NCBI GenBank assembly: GCA_964428185.1 | Contig: CAYRXH010000004.1 | Location: 5,726-69,725, forward strand | Direction of reading: 5' to 3' | Length of the DNA stretch: 64,000 nucleotides | From: an uncultured Bacteroidales bacterium | GTDB taxonomy: Bacteria; Bacteroidota; Bacteroidia; Bacteroidales; DTU049 | Shown: in pieces, positions 52,694-63,007 of the stretch | Numbering within the stretch: the stretch's first letter is position 1 | Layout of the letters: each line of letters begins with the position of its first letter | Program-made: the position numbers and the translations under genes | The notes under the pieces: generated by a model | The model's database searches: none | Seen by the model: the letters and a program-made list of their open reading frames with translations, nothing else | Told to the model about the DNA's origin: nothing

Positions 52694-53692
52694 ATGGCAA
52701 TATTAGCTTTTCAAAAACCGGACAAAGTCATTATGGTCGACTCCGATGAATTTCGTGGAAAATTTGAATTCAGGCCCCTTGAACCAGGTTTCGGAGTTAC
52801 AATAGGAAATTCGCTTCGCCGTATTCTGCTGTCTTCTCTTGAAGGATATGCAATTACTCAGGTTCGTATCGACGGAGTGAATCATGAATTTTCCACTATA
52901 GAAGGTGTTGTTGAAGACGTTGCTGACATCGTATTGAACCTGAAGCAAATTCGGTTTAAAAGACAAATTGAAGGAATCAATACTGAGAAAGTGAATGTGA
53001 ATATTTTTGGACAGGAAACCCTTACTGCTGGTGATTTCAACAAATTTCTCACTAGCTTCCAGGTCCTCAATCCTGAACTTGTAATTTGTCATGTTAATGC
53101 TTCTGTAAAACTTAATATGGAAGTTACAATTGATAAGGGAAGGGGATACGTTCTTGCTGAAGATAACAAAGGTGCAGTTGCAACTGAAGTGGTTGGTACT
53201 ATTGCTATGGACTCAATTTTTACCCCAATTCGCAATGTGAATTACTGGGTTGAAAATTTTAGGGTTGAACAAAAAACTGACTATGAAAAGCTCATTATTG
53301 AAATTCTCACCGATGGTTCAATCCATCCAAAGGATGCTCTTAATGAAGCCGCTAAAATTCTGATTCAACACTTTATGTTGTTTTCAGATGACAAAATTAC
53401 CCTCGAAGCAGAAGTGAAAGATAATGTTGAAGAGTTGGATGAGGCAGATCTTCATACCAGACAACTTCTGAAAACCAAACTGATTGATATGGATCTCTCA
53501 GTCAGAGCTTTAAACTGTCTTAAAGCGGCTGATGTTGATACACTGGGTGATCTTGTATCATACAGCAAAAATGATCTCCTGAAATTCAGAAATTTTGGGA
53601 AAAAATCATTGGCAGAACTTGATGAACTTGTGAAATCAAAAAACCTGAATTTCGGGATGGATATTACCAAGTATAAGTTAGATAACGATTAA
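52694..53692 (+). CDS. rpoA: DNA-directed RNA polymerase subunit alpha
   Basis: 332 aa with [14 protein letters not shown] and C-terminal domain [12 protein letters not shown]. Confidence 0.97.
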   Translation: MAILAFQKPDKVIMVDSDEFRGKFEFRPLEPGFGVTIGNSLRRILLSSLEGYAITQVRIDGVNHEFSTIEGVVEDVADIVLNLKQIRFKRQIEGINTEKVNVNIFGQETLTAGDFNKFLTSFQVLNPELVICHVNASVKLNMEVTIDKGRGYVLAEDNKGAVATEVVGTIAMDSIFTPIRNVNYWVENFRVEQKTDYEKLIIEILTDGSIHPKDALNEAAKILIQHFMLFSDDKITLEAEVKDNVEELDEADLHTRQLLKTKLIDMDLSVRALNCLKAADVDTLGDLVSYSKNDLLKFRNFGKKSLAELDELVKSKNLNFGMDITKYKLDND

Positions 53693-53709
53693 CAGAAAGG
53701 CAAAATACG

Positions 53710-54435
53710 ATGAGACACAGAAAAAAAATTAATCATCTTGGCAGAACAAAATCCCATAGGGATTCTATGCTATCAAATATGGCTTCTTCTCTTATTCTTA
53801 ACAAAAGAATTTTTACTACTGTTGCAAAAGCTAAAGCACTTAGAAGTTATATTGAACCTCTATTAACCAAATCAAAAGAAGATACAACTCATTCCAGAAG
53901 AATAGTATTCAGTTATCTTCAGGATAAAAAAGCTGTTACTGAATTATTCCGTGATGTCGCTCAGAAAATTGCTGACAGACCCGGTGGATATACCAGAATC
54001 CTGAAAGCAGGAATGAGAATCGGTGATAATGCCGATATGTGCTATATGGAACTGGTGGATTATAATGAACTGATGCTTGAGTCAGCAGACAAAAAGGATA
54101 AAAAAGGCGGCCGTAAGAGAAGAGGAACAAAGAAAGCAGGAAAACAGGAAACAGCTCAAACTGTTGTGTCTAAGGAAATTACTAAAACTGAAGAAACAAC
54201 AGAGGATCAGGATGTATCAGCAGACATTTCAGATGAAACTACAGATGCTAAGATCTCTTCTGAAGAACAAGTTCCTGAAAATGAAGAAGCTGTATCAGAG
54301 AGTGATCCCGTTACTGAGGCTGAACCTGAAGTTGCAGAACCCGTTGAAGATCAAGCTGTCATTGATGCTACAACTGATGAAGACCCAGGCAAAGATGAAA
54401 ACATCAAAGAAAATGATGAGAAAAAAGATCAGTAA
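53710..54435 (+). CDS. rplQ: 50S ribosomal protein L17 with long basic-then-acidic C-terminal extension
   Basis: [21 protein letters not shown], with the core ending near residue 117 (YMELVD). About 124 further residues follow. Confidence 0.95.
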   Translation: MRHRKKINHLGRTKSHRDSMLSNMASSLILNKRIFTTVAKAKALRSYIEPLLTKSKEDTTHSRRIVFSYLQDKKAVTELFRDVAQKIADRPGGYTRILKAGMRIGDNADMCYMELVDYNELMLESADKKDKKGGRKRRGTKKAGKQETAQTVVSKEITKTEETTEDQDVSADISDETTDAKISSEEQVPENEEAVSESDPVTEAEPEVAEPVEDQAVIDATTDEDPGKDENIKENDEKKDQ

Positions 54436-54460
54436 TGTAAGTTTCTTTTTATGATAATCT

Positions 54461-55808
<1,348 letters not shown>

Positions 55809-55841
55809 AAAAAAGGTAAGAAAGATCAAAACTTTTTTTTA

Positions 55842-58154
55842 TTAGTAAAGCAATAGAATAGTCCCGAATAGTTCGTGTTGAAGATTTGCTTTGTCTCTGA
55901 AAAGAATTCTATAAGCATAGATTCCAGGAGGAGCTTTATCCCCGTTGTATTTCCCATCCCATCCCTGATGGAGGTCATAGGACTCGAAAACAGTATTTCC
56001 CCATCTGTTGAAAATAGTCCAGTGAAAGTCTCTTTCAGATACACCAGTTGAAAATATAGTGATTTCATCATTAATGCCGTTGTCTTCCGGAGAAAAGGCA
56101 TTTGGGATGTAGATGACAAAATCAGGCTTCACTATGGCGTTTTTAATAATTGAATCCCTGCATCCATAAATGTTTGTTACTATCAGCATAACTGGGTAAA
56201 TACCACCGCTGTCTGAATACATATGAACTGGATGCTGAATGTCTGAAAATGAATTATCTCCGAAGTCCCAGAACCATTCAACAGGTCCGCCACCGCTGAT
56301 ATCAGTAAAAGTAATGATAGGTTCAAATGATGATACTGCAGGAGGGTCAATGAGAAAATCAGCCTCGGGATTGGGATAGATTTCTGCAGTAACCTGAGCA
56401 AAGCCTGTACATCCGTATGAATTGGCTGCAGTCACTGAATAAACAGTAGTAACATGTGGTTTTACATTGATTGTTGGATTGCTGGCCTGTGAATTTAAAG
56501 ACCCGTCGGGTGGACTGGATGACCATATAAAGGTTTCGCCACCGGAAGCTTCAATCTGAATCTGTTCACCTGCGCAGACAGTAGGAGGCTGAGTGAGTGT
56601 AACATCGGCTCCCGGGCTTACAAAAACTGTGACCGAATCAATCGGGATGCACACTCCTGTGGCTGTGACAAAATACATTGTTGTTTGTGTGGGTGAAACG
56701 GTAATAGTTTCTGTGGTTGATCCATCTGACCAAATGTAAGAAGTGCCTCCTGTAGCAGTCAGGTTGGTGGTTTGATTTTCACAGATTGTAACGTCACTTC
56801 CTGCATCCACGTCAGTTGTTGCAATCTGAATCTGAACATCTGCTGTTACTGACTGACTACACATATCTGTAACAGTTACAGTATAAACAGTAGTCATATC
56901 TGGACTTACAGTTTGAGTTGTTGTATCTTCTGGAATATTATTCCAGCTATACTCAAAAGGAGCAATCCCAAGAGAACCAGCAGCGAAAATCTGAGTAGAA
57001 TCACCAATACATATAGTTGTATCATTGCTTATTGACAGTTGTGGTTGAAAATAATCATGAATTTCAATATTTATTGTATCTACACCTCCGCATAAATTTA
57101 CTTGTGGCACTATTTCCAGATTTTCTATACCTTCATTCACATTGTCAATAAATGCCTGAATGATAAAATCAGTACATAATGTGCCGGCAGGAATGGTAAT
57201 CTGAGCAGGGACCATGGTATTGTCAACCCCGTTTGTTGCAGTACCTCCAACCTGCATGGGGATATTGTAATCGTTTGGACTTGTCTGGGATAAACAAAAT
57301 GTCAGAATTGCATCATTGCAACCTTCAACTGCATAGTTTCCGATTGCAGGGATAGAATAATCAATATTTACAGTTACCCCTGATGTCTCAAAGCTATTGG
57401 CTTCAAGAAAGACAGCTGAATCATAGCTTGAGTCTCCTGCATCGGCAATTGCAATTTTCAGATGATAGGTCTGACAGGGCGTAACTTTTAACCAGGCAGT
57501 GAGTACAGTTGTAAATCCGTCAAACACAATAGATGTTCCGCCCATTGCTTCATTATTGACATAGTATTGAGAGTATGATCCACTGTGAATGTTATTGATT
57601 GCAACAGGAACCATGGTATTGGGTATCAATGCAATATTTTTGTTGGTATAGCTTCCTCCCAGCGGATTTGGCCCGGTTACAAAAAAACCAAATACATCAT
57701 TGAAACTTGATCCTACCCACTCAAGATATTCTTCTGAACCAAACACATAACGAAAACGAATGGTGTCAGATAAAGGAACAAAATCAAACTCAAGAATTGC
57801 AGCGTCATAGGTAGTTCCTGAAACCAGTGAGTTGAGCAGAGCATCTCCGGAAGTTCCGTTTGATGAACTGGCAAAATTGCTTACCGGAGTACCAATTGCA
57901 GGTGTGCCGTTGACAACTCCGCTTGACATAATAATTCCTTCAGTAATTCCCAGATTGGTTGGAGTGGCACCTGTTTGAAACTGACCTATTGCATTGGCAT
58001 GACCTGTGTATGTAACATTGGAAATTGTAACACCACCTCCGACAAGAACATTTTGCACAAGGGTTGCAGGAGGAATTCCTGTCGATACAGTCAATTGGCC
58101 TGATACGGATAATAATAATCCTGAAAATAAAATATATAAAACAAATTTCTTCAT
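55842..58154 (-). CDS. Choice-of-anchor-L domain surface protein with tandem Ig-like repeats, PKD domain and T9SS type-B C-terminal domain
   Basis: N-terminal LVQNVLVGGGVTISNVTYTG...YDAAILEFDFVP...NDVFGFFV...IAIADAGDSSYDSAVFLEANSF. PKD signature WFWDFGDNSFSDIQHPVHMY. C-terminal IPNAFSPEDNGINDE...FNRWGNTVFES...GWDGKYNG...GIYAY. The start at 58154 (MKKFVLYILF) gives a signal peptide. An upstream ATG at 58184 is also possible. Confidence 0.8.
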   Translation of the reverse strand: MKKFVLYILFSGLLLSVSGQLTVSTGIPPATLVQNVLVGGGVTISNVTYTGHANAIGQFQTGATPTNLGITEGIIMSSGVVNGTPAIGTPVSNFASSSNGTSGDALLNSLVSGTTYDAAILEFDFVPLSDTIRFRYVFGSEEYLEWVGSSFNDVFGFFVTGPNPLGGSYTNKNIALIPNTMVPVAINNIHSGSYSQYYVNNEAMGGTSIVFDGFTTVLTAWLKVTPCQTYHLKIAIADAGDSSYDSAVFLEANSFETSGVTVNIDYSIPAIGNYAVEGCNDAILTFCLSQTSPNDYNIPMQVGGTATNGVDNTMVPAQITIPAGTLCTDFIIQAFIDNVNEGIENLEIVPQVNLCGGVDTINIEIHDYFQPQLSISNDTTICIGDSTQIFAAGSLGIAPFEYSWNNIPEDTTTQTVSPDMTTVYTVTVTDMCSQSVTADVQIQIATTDVDAGSDVTICENQTTNLTATGGTSYIWSDGSTTETITVSPTQTTMYFVTATGVCIPIDSVTVFVSPGADVTLTQPPTVCAGEQIQIEASGGETFIWSSSPPDGSLNSQASNPTINVKPHVTTVYSVTAANSYGCTGFAQVTAEIYPNPEADFLIDPPAVSSFEPIITFTDISGGGPVEWFWDFGDNSFSDIQHPVHMYSDSGGIYPVMLIVTNIYGCRDSIIKNAIVKPDFVIYIPNAFSPEDNGINDEITIFSTGVSERDFHWTIFNRWGNTVFESYDLHQGWDGKYNGDKAPPGIYAYRILFRDKANLQHELFGTILLLY

Positions 58155-58198
58155 TGTGTATGGGTGTATTATTTTTTTATTCATCTATATTTTCGACA

Positions 58199-58206
58199 CA
58201 AAGATA
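58199..58206 (-). promoter_or_regulatory. TAnnTTTG -7-like motif for the adhesin gene
   Basis: The minus strand reads TATCTTTG (plus strand caaagata), upstream of both candidate ATGs. Confidence 0.35.
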
Positions 58207-58299
58207 GACATATTTTAAATGTATAAGTTTATAAATGTTCACATAAAAAATTACCAAATCCTATTTTCCTTAAAGCCAAATATAACATTGGGACGAAAG

Positions 58300-58947
58300 C
58301 TAATCTTTATTCCCTAAAAGTGGGACAAACCGGAACATTCCGTGTTCCTGATATTCAAACTCAGACTCGTTGTGTCGTATCACACGTTTCATGATTTGTA
58401 CTCCCTCAGAATGGTCGACCGGGATCACCAGTATGCCGCCATGTACCAGTTGCTGGAGAAGTGCTGAAGGGATTTCAGGTGCACCTGCAGTGACAAGGAT
58501 TCTGTCAAATGGAGCATAGGTAGGCAAGCCCAGATATCCGTCTCCATAAAATACTTTGGGTTTTAAACCCAACTCAAACATGAGCTTTTTTGATGCCAGA
58601 TACAATTCTCTGATTCTTTCAATAGTAAATACCTTGGCTCCCATCTCTGCAAGAATACTTGCCTGATAGCCACTTCCTGTCCCTATTTCCAGTACTTTCA
58701 TTCCACGTTGAACACACAGTAACTGTGTCTGAAAAGCAACAGTATATGGTTGGCTAATGGTTTGTCCGCAACCAATGGGAAACGGCTTGTCCTGATAGGC
58801 GATTTCAGTAAATGAAGAATCCATAAAATAATGACGCGGCAGACTACTCATTGCAGCCAATACATATTGATCAGTAATTCCTTTATGTTCAATTTCTTTG
58901 ATGAGTTGTTTTCTCAGACCTTTATGCCTGTAGGAGTCTGTTTTCAT
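58300..58947 (-). CDS. pcm: Protein-L-isoaspartate O-methyltransferase
   Basis: 215 aa with SAM motif LEIGTGSGYQ and the ISQPYTVA motif. Confidence 0.9.
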   Translation of the reverse strand: MKTDSYRHKGLRKQLIKEIEHKGITDQYVLAAMSSLPRHYFMDSSFTEIAYQDKPFPIGCGQTISQPYTVAFQTQLLCVQRGMKVLEIGTGSGYQASILAEMGAKVFTIERIRELYLASKKLMFELGLKPKVFYGDGYLGLPTYAPFDRILVTAGAPEIPSALLQQLVHGGILVIPVDHSEGVQIMKRVIRHNESEFEYQEHGMFRFVPLLGNKD

Positions 58948-59039
58948 ATAAAAAAAATAAGCTATTTTTCAGTACACATGCAAAAATACGAAAATACCTC
59001 GGGCAAAAATTTTACTTTTGCAAAAAAAAACTTGAATAT

Positions 59040-60035
59040 ATGCTGAAAATCGGAGTACTTGGTGCTGGTCATCTTGGGAAAATCCATATTAAATGTATAC
59101 AGATGATTCCAGAATATGAACTGGTGGGCTTTTTTGATGTTGATCAGGAAAATGCACTGGCTGTGAGTAAAGAATTTAACATTCCTTCTTTTGATTCAAT
59201 CGATGAGCTTGTAGATCAGGTTGATGTTGTTGACATTGTCACACCAACCATAGCACATTTTGAGTGTGCTTCAAAAGCACTGAAGAAGTTCAGACATGTA
59301 TTTATTGAAAAGCCTGTTGTGACTACCGTTGAGCAGGCAAAGTCACTGATAGCCATAAGTCGTGAAGCCGATGTAAAAGTGCAGGTAGGACATGTTGAAA
59401 GATTTAATCCTGCTTTCCTGTCTGTAAAGGATGAAATTCAGGGACCGGTTTTTATTGAAGGACACAGGCTGGCAATGTTCAATCCAAGAGGAACTGATGT
59501 TCCTGTTGTTCTTGATCTTATGATTCATGATATTGATATTATTTTAAGTGTTGTAAAATCAAAAGTGAAAAAAGTTTTTGCAAGCGGCGTAAAAATAGTT
59601 AGTGATACACCTGATATTGCAAATGCCAGACTTGAATTTGACAATGGATGTGTGGCTAATCTAACTGCCAGCAGAATATCCATGAAGAATATGCGAAAAT
59701 TGAGGTTTTTTCAGCCTCATGCATATATTTCAGTTGATTTTCTTGAAAAAAGTTCTGAAGTAATCCAGATTCGTGACCTCACTCAGGAAACGCTAAAGAA
59801 TCCATTTGCAATGATTATTGACCTTGGTGATGACAAAGGGAAGAAAGAAATCATCAGGACTGCCCCTGAAGCTGTTCCGGTCAATGCTATTCAAACTGAA
59901 CTGAAAAGTTTCTATGACTCAATTACGCAGAATCAGGATCCAGTAGTGAGTATTTTTGACGGATACTATGCACTTCAGGTTGCATATATGGTACTTGATA
60001 AGATAAACGAAAAAATGACTTTTTTTGAACTATAG
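59040..60035 (+). CDS. Gfo/Idh/MocA-family NAD(P)-dependent oxidoreductase
   Basis: 331 aa. N-terminal Rossmann IGVLGAGHLGKIH and EKP motif FIEKPV. A TACTTTTG motif lies at 59013-59020, upstream. Confidence 0.75.
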   Translation: MLKIGVLGAGHLGKIHIKCIQMIPEYELVGFFDVDQENALAVSKEFNIPSFDSIDELVDQVDVVDIVTPTIAHFECASKALKKFRHVFIEKPVVTTVEQAKSLIAISREADVKVQVGHVERFNPAFLSVKDEIQGPVFIEGHRLAMFNPRGTDVPVVLDLMIHDIDIILSVVKSKVKKVFASGVKIVSDTPDIANARLEFDNGCVANLTASRISMKNMRKLRFFQPHAYISVDFLEKSSEVIQIRDLTQETLKNPFAMIIDLGDDKGKKEIIRTAPEAVPVNAIQTELKSFYDSITQNQDPVVSIFDGYYALQVAYMVLDKINEKMTFFEL

Positions 60036-60076
60036 AATAATAAAACGAATCTGTTTTCGTTAAGTCTGAATCAAAT

Positions 60077-60952
60077 ATGAGTTTTGTGATACGAAAATAT
60101 ACTCCGGCAGGATTAATTATTCTATTTTCAGGCATGTTCTTTTCTGCTTGTTCATGGTTCGATAAGGATGTTGAAATTCCCTCCTATATTAGGATAGAAT
60201 CCTTTGAATTTCAGGCACTTCCAGGAGAAGGAACATCAAGCCACAATATTGTTGATGCATGGGTTTTTGTGGATGGTCAGAAAATCGGTGCTTTTCAGCT
60301 TCCTGCTACCATTCCTGTGCTTGCATCTGGGAATAGTGAATTAATAGTGTTTCCTGGCATTGAACTGAACGGAACAGCTGCCACGAGGGCTGTTTATACC
60401 TTTTATAGTCAGTATAGTGTTACTACCAACCTGATTCCTGACAGTGTTATTGAAATATCCCCTCAATCCACTTACATTGAAAATCTTAAGTTCGAGTTTA
60501 TTGAGGATTTTGAATCTGTTGGTGTTGTTTTTGAAAAGACTTCGAGAAGCGATACAATTCTCAATAAAATTGATGACAGTACTCATGTTTTTGAAGGAGA
60601 CTACTGTGGTGAAATATTCATTGATGCCGAAAGAGACTTTTTTGAGGTTACTTCAATTGACAGTTATGAACTTCCTCAGGGAGGAGGATTTACTTTTGTT
60701 GAACTTAACTGTAAAAATACGATCCCATTTACAGTTGGAGTTTTTGCAAATGAATACACTTTTTCCACCCAGCATCCTATTGTTGTTGTTACTCCTTCAG
60801 ACAAATGGAAAAAAATATATGTGAACCTTACCCCTACAGTGTCACGATTGCAAAGTGCCATTGATTTTAATGTGTTTATTACAGCTTATCTTGAGGAAGG
60901 TACAGCTGAAGGTCAGATATGGATTGAAAACATTAAACTAATACATTACTAG
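60077..60952 (+). CDS. Hypothetical lipoprotein
   Basis: 291 aa with lipobox MFFSAC. The rest is beta-rich. I recognised no family. It ends 3 nt before the sugar transferase gene. Confidence 0.5.
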   Translation: MSFVIRKYTPAGLIILFSGMFFSACSWFDKDVEIPSYIRIESFEFQALPGEGTSSHNIVDAWVFVDGQKIGAFQLPATIPVLASGNSELIVFPGIELNGTAATRAVYTFYSQYSVTTNLIPDSVIEISPQSTYIENLKFEFIEDFESVGVVFEKTSRSDTILNKIDDSTHVFEGDYCGEIFIDAERDFFEVTSIDSYELPQGGGFTFVELNCKNTIPFTVGVFANEYTFSTQHPIVVVTPSDKWKKIYVNLTPTVSRLQSAIDFNVFITAYLEEGTAEGQIWIENIKLIHY

Positions 60953-60955
60953 TAG

Positions 60956-62374
60956 ATGAACAAGCGTCTGCAGACATTGAAGTACATATTGTTTGATTTT
61001 ATCATGGCGGTCTCAGCATGGGGCTTGTTCTTTTTTTTTAGAAAAAAGGAGTTTTATTTTTCCCGTCAGGACCATCTTGATGCTGTTTTTAATGACCCAA
61101 AGTTCTATTACAGCATCATCCTGATTCCTGTTTTCTGGATTTTGCTTTATGCAATTATTGGATCGTATAGAAATATCTTCAGAAGATCAAGATTAAAGGA
61201 AACCGGGCAGATTTTTATTGCTTCATTTATTGGAGTAACCATAATATTTTTTGTTTTCATCCTTGATGATGTCATTACTTCTTACACGGATTACTATAAA
61301 TATTATATTTTTCTGTTTGGTGTTCATTTCTTTCTCACTGCATTGACGAGGTTTATCCTTACTATGAAAACAAACAAGAGGATTCACAGGGGAGATCTGT
61401 CTTTTAATACGCTTTTGGTAGGGAGCAATGGAAATGCTTTTAAAGTCTATTCCGAAATAACAGGGCAAACTGTTGCATCAGGAAATAAATTTACTGGGTA
61501 TATTCATATACAGGGAGAATATCAGGATCAGATGAAAGGTCTCATTCCCTGTCTTGGGAATGTCGAGGATATTGAAAAAATTGTTCTTGAAAAAGGAATT
61601 GAGGAAATTATCATTGCAATTGACCCTGCACAGCATCAGATGATTGAAAAAATACTTCTTGAAACCAATAATATCAGGGTTACTATTAAAATTATGCCTG
61701 ACTATAAAGATATCATCGCCGGTTCAGTCAAATACAGCGCAATATTCAACATACCTCTGATTGAGCTGCCCGATGAAATGATGCCTTTGTGGCAGCAAAT
61801 TGCCAAACGGGTTATTGATATTACCCTGTCAGTTCTTGTAATTATTCTTTTTTTGCCTTTATTTGTAATTTTAACAATCGGAGTAAAGCGCTCTTCAAAA
61901 GGTCCTGTGTTTTATTCTCATGAGAGAATTGGGTTAAGGGGAAAACCTTTTCAGATATACAAATTTCGCTCTATGATTGTGAATGCTGAAGAAAATGGAA
62001 CACCTCAGTTGTCAAATCAGAATGACCCCAGAGTGACCAGGTTCGGCAGATTTATGAGAAAGTACAGACTTGATGAGATTCCCCAGTTTTTCAATGTGAT
62101 CAAAGGAAATATGACCCTTGTGGGACCACGTCCCGAAAGAAAATATTATATTGATCAGATTGTTCAGCAGGCACCTCATTATCGTCTTCTCCAAAGAGTG
62201 AAACCAGGGATTACCAGCTGGGGTCAGGTAAAATATGGTTACGCTGAAAATGTGGAGCAAATGATTGCACGCATGAAATATGATCTTCTCTACATCGAGA
62301 ATATGTCGCTGGCAATGGACTTTAAAATTTTATTTTATACCATTTTGACAGTGATCAAAGGGACAGGTAAGTAA
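60956..62374 (+). CDS. Polyprenyl glycosylphosphotransferase (WbaP/EpsB-type bacterial sugar transferase)
   Basis: 472 aa with N-terminal TM segments. C-terminal Bac_transf motifs KRVIDI, GPVFYSHERIG, YKFRSM, DEIPQFFNV and LVGPRPE. Confidence 0.9.
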   Translation: MNKRLQTLKYILFDFIMAVSAWGLFFFFRKKEFYFSRQDHLDAVFNDPKFYYSIILIPVFWILLYAIIGSYRNIFRRSRLKETGQIFIASFIGVTIIFFVFILDDVITSYTDYYKYYIFLFGVHFFLTALTRFILTMKTNKRIHRGDLSFNTLLVGSNGNAFKVYSEITGQTVASGNKFTGYIHIQGEYQDQMKGLIPCLGNVEDIEKIVLEKGIEEIIIAIDPAQHQMIEKILLETNNIRVTIKIMPDYKDIIAGSVKYSAIFNIPLIELPDEMMPLWQQIAKRVIDITLSVLVIILFLPLFVILTIGVKRSSKGPVFYSHERIGLRGKPFQIYKFRSMIVNAEENGTPQLSNQNDPRVTRFGRFMRKYRLDEIPQFFNVIKGNMTLVGPRPERKYYIDQIVQQAPHYRLLQRVKPGITSWGQVKYGYAENVEQMIARMKYDLLYIENMSLAMDFKILFYTILTVIKGTGK

Positions 62375-62379
62375 ACGAA

Positions 62380-62991
62380 TTACTCCTTTCTTGCTTCAAA
62401 ATATGCATCAAGAAGCTTGGCAACATATTTTCCAAATACATCAAACTCAATATTCACTACTGAGCCGGGTATGAAGTTATGAAAATTGGTCACTTCATAG
62501 GTGTATGGAATGATAGCCACTGAAAACATGCCCTTTTCAGAATCAACAACTGTAAGACTTACACCATTTACAGAAATTGATCCTTTTTCAACCGTAATAT
62601 TTCCTTTGTCAGAGTCATATTTGAAATAAAATTTCCAACTGCCGTCAAGTTCTTCTATTTTAATGCATTCAGCTGTCTGATCAACATGCCCCTGAACTAT
62701 ATGCCCGTCAAATCGGCCTCCCACAACAACACTGCGCTCAAGATTTACTTCATAACCGATTTCCCATGTGCGTAAATTTGTTTTATCCAGTGTTTCCTGA
62801 ATAGCAGTTACAACATAGGTTTCTGCCTCATAATCCACGTTTACAACTGTCAGACATACCCCATCATGTGACATGCTCTGGTCAATTTTTAATTCTTTTG
62901 CAACAGGTGTTGAAATGGTGAAGTGAATGTTACTTCCTTGTTTGTCAATCTTGACTACTTTTCCTGTTTTCTCTATAATTCCGCTAAACAT
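62380..62991 (-). CDS. ribE: Riboflavin synthase
   Basis: 203 aa with MFSGIIEKTGKV and duplicated halves carrying DGVCLTVV and NGVSLTVV. Confidence 0.92.
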   Translation of the reverse strand: MFSGIIEKTGKVVKIDKQGSNIHFTISTPVAKELKIDQSMSHDGVCLTVVNVDYEAETYVVTAIQETLDKTNLRTWEIGYEVNLERSVVVGGRFDGHIVQGHVDQTAECIKIEELDGSWKFYFKYDSDKGNITVEKGSISVNGVSLTVVDSEKGMFSVAIIPYTYEVTNFHNFIPGSVVNIEFDVFGKYVAKLLDAYFEARKE

Positions 62992-63007
62992 AGTTATTGA
63001 ATTTGTG

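Noticed and set aside
54077-54454. 125-aa ORF in an alternative frame over the L17 tail (K/L/Q-rich).
   Set aside because: It is a compositional mirror of the GAA/GAT-rich acidic tail read out of frame. It has no independent start context or motif.
62375-62379. Only 5 nt separate the convergent stops of the sugar transferase gene and ribE, leaving no room for terminators.
   Set aside because: This is compact genome organisation rather than a feature. Any termination signals must lie inside the opposing coding regions, which I could not evaluate convincingly by eye.
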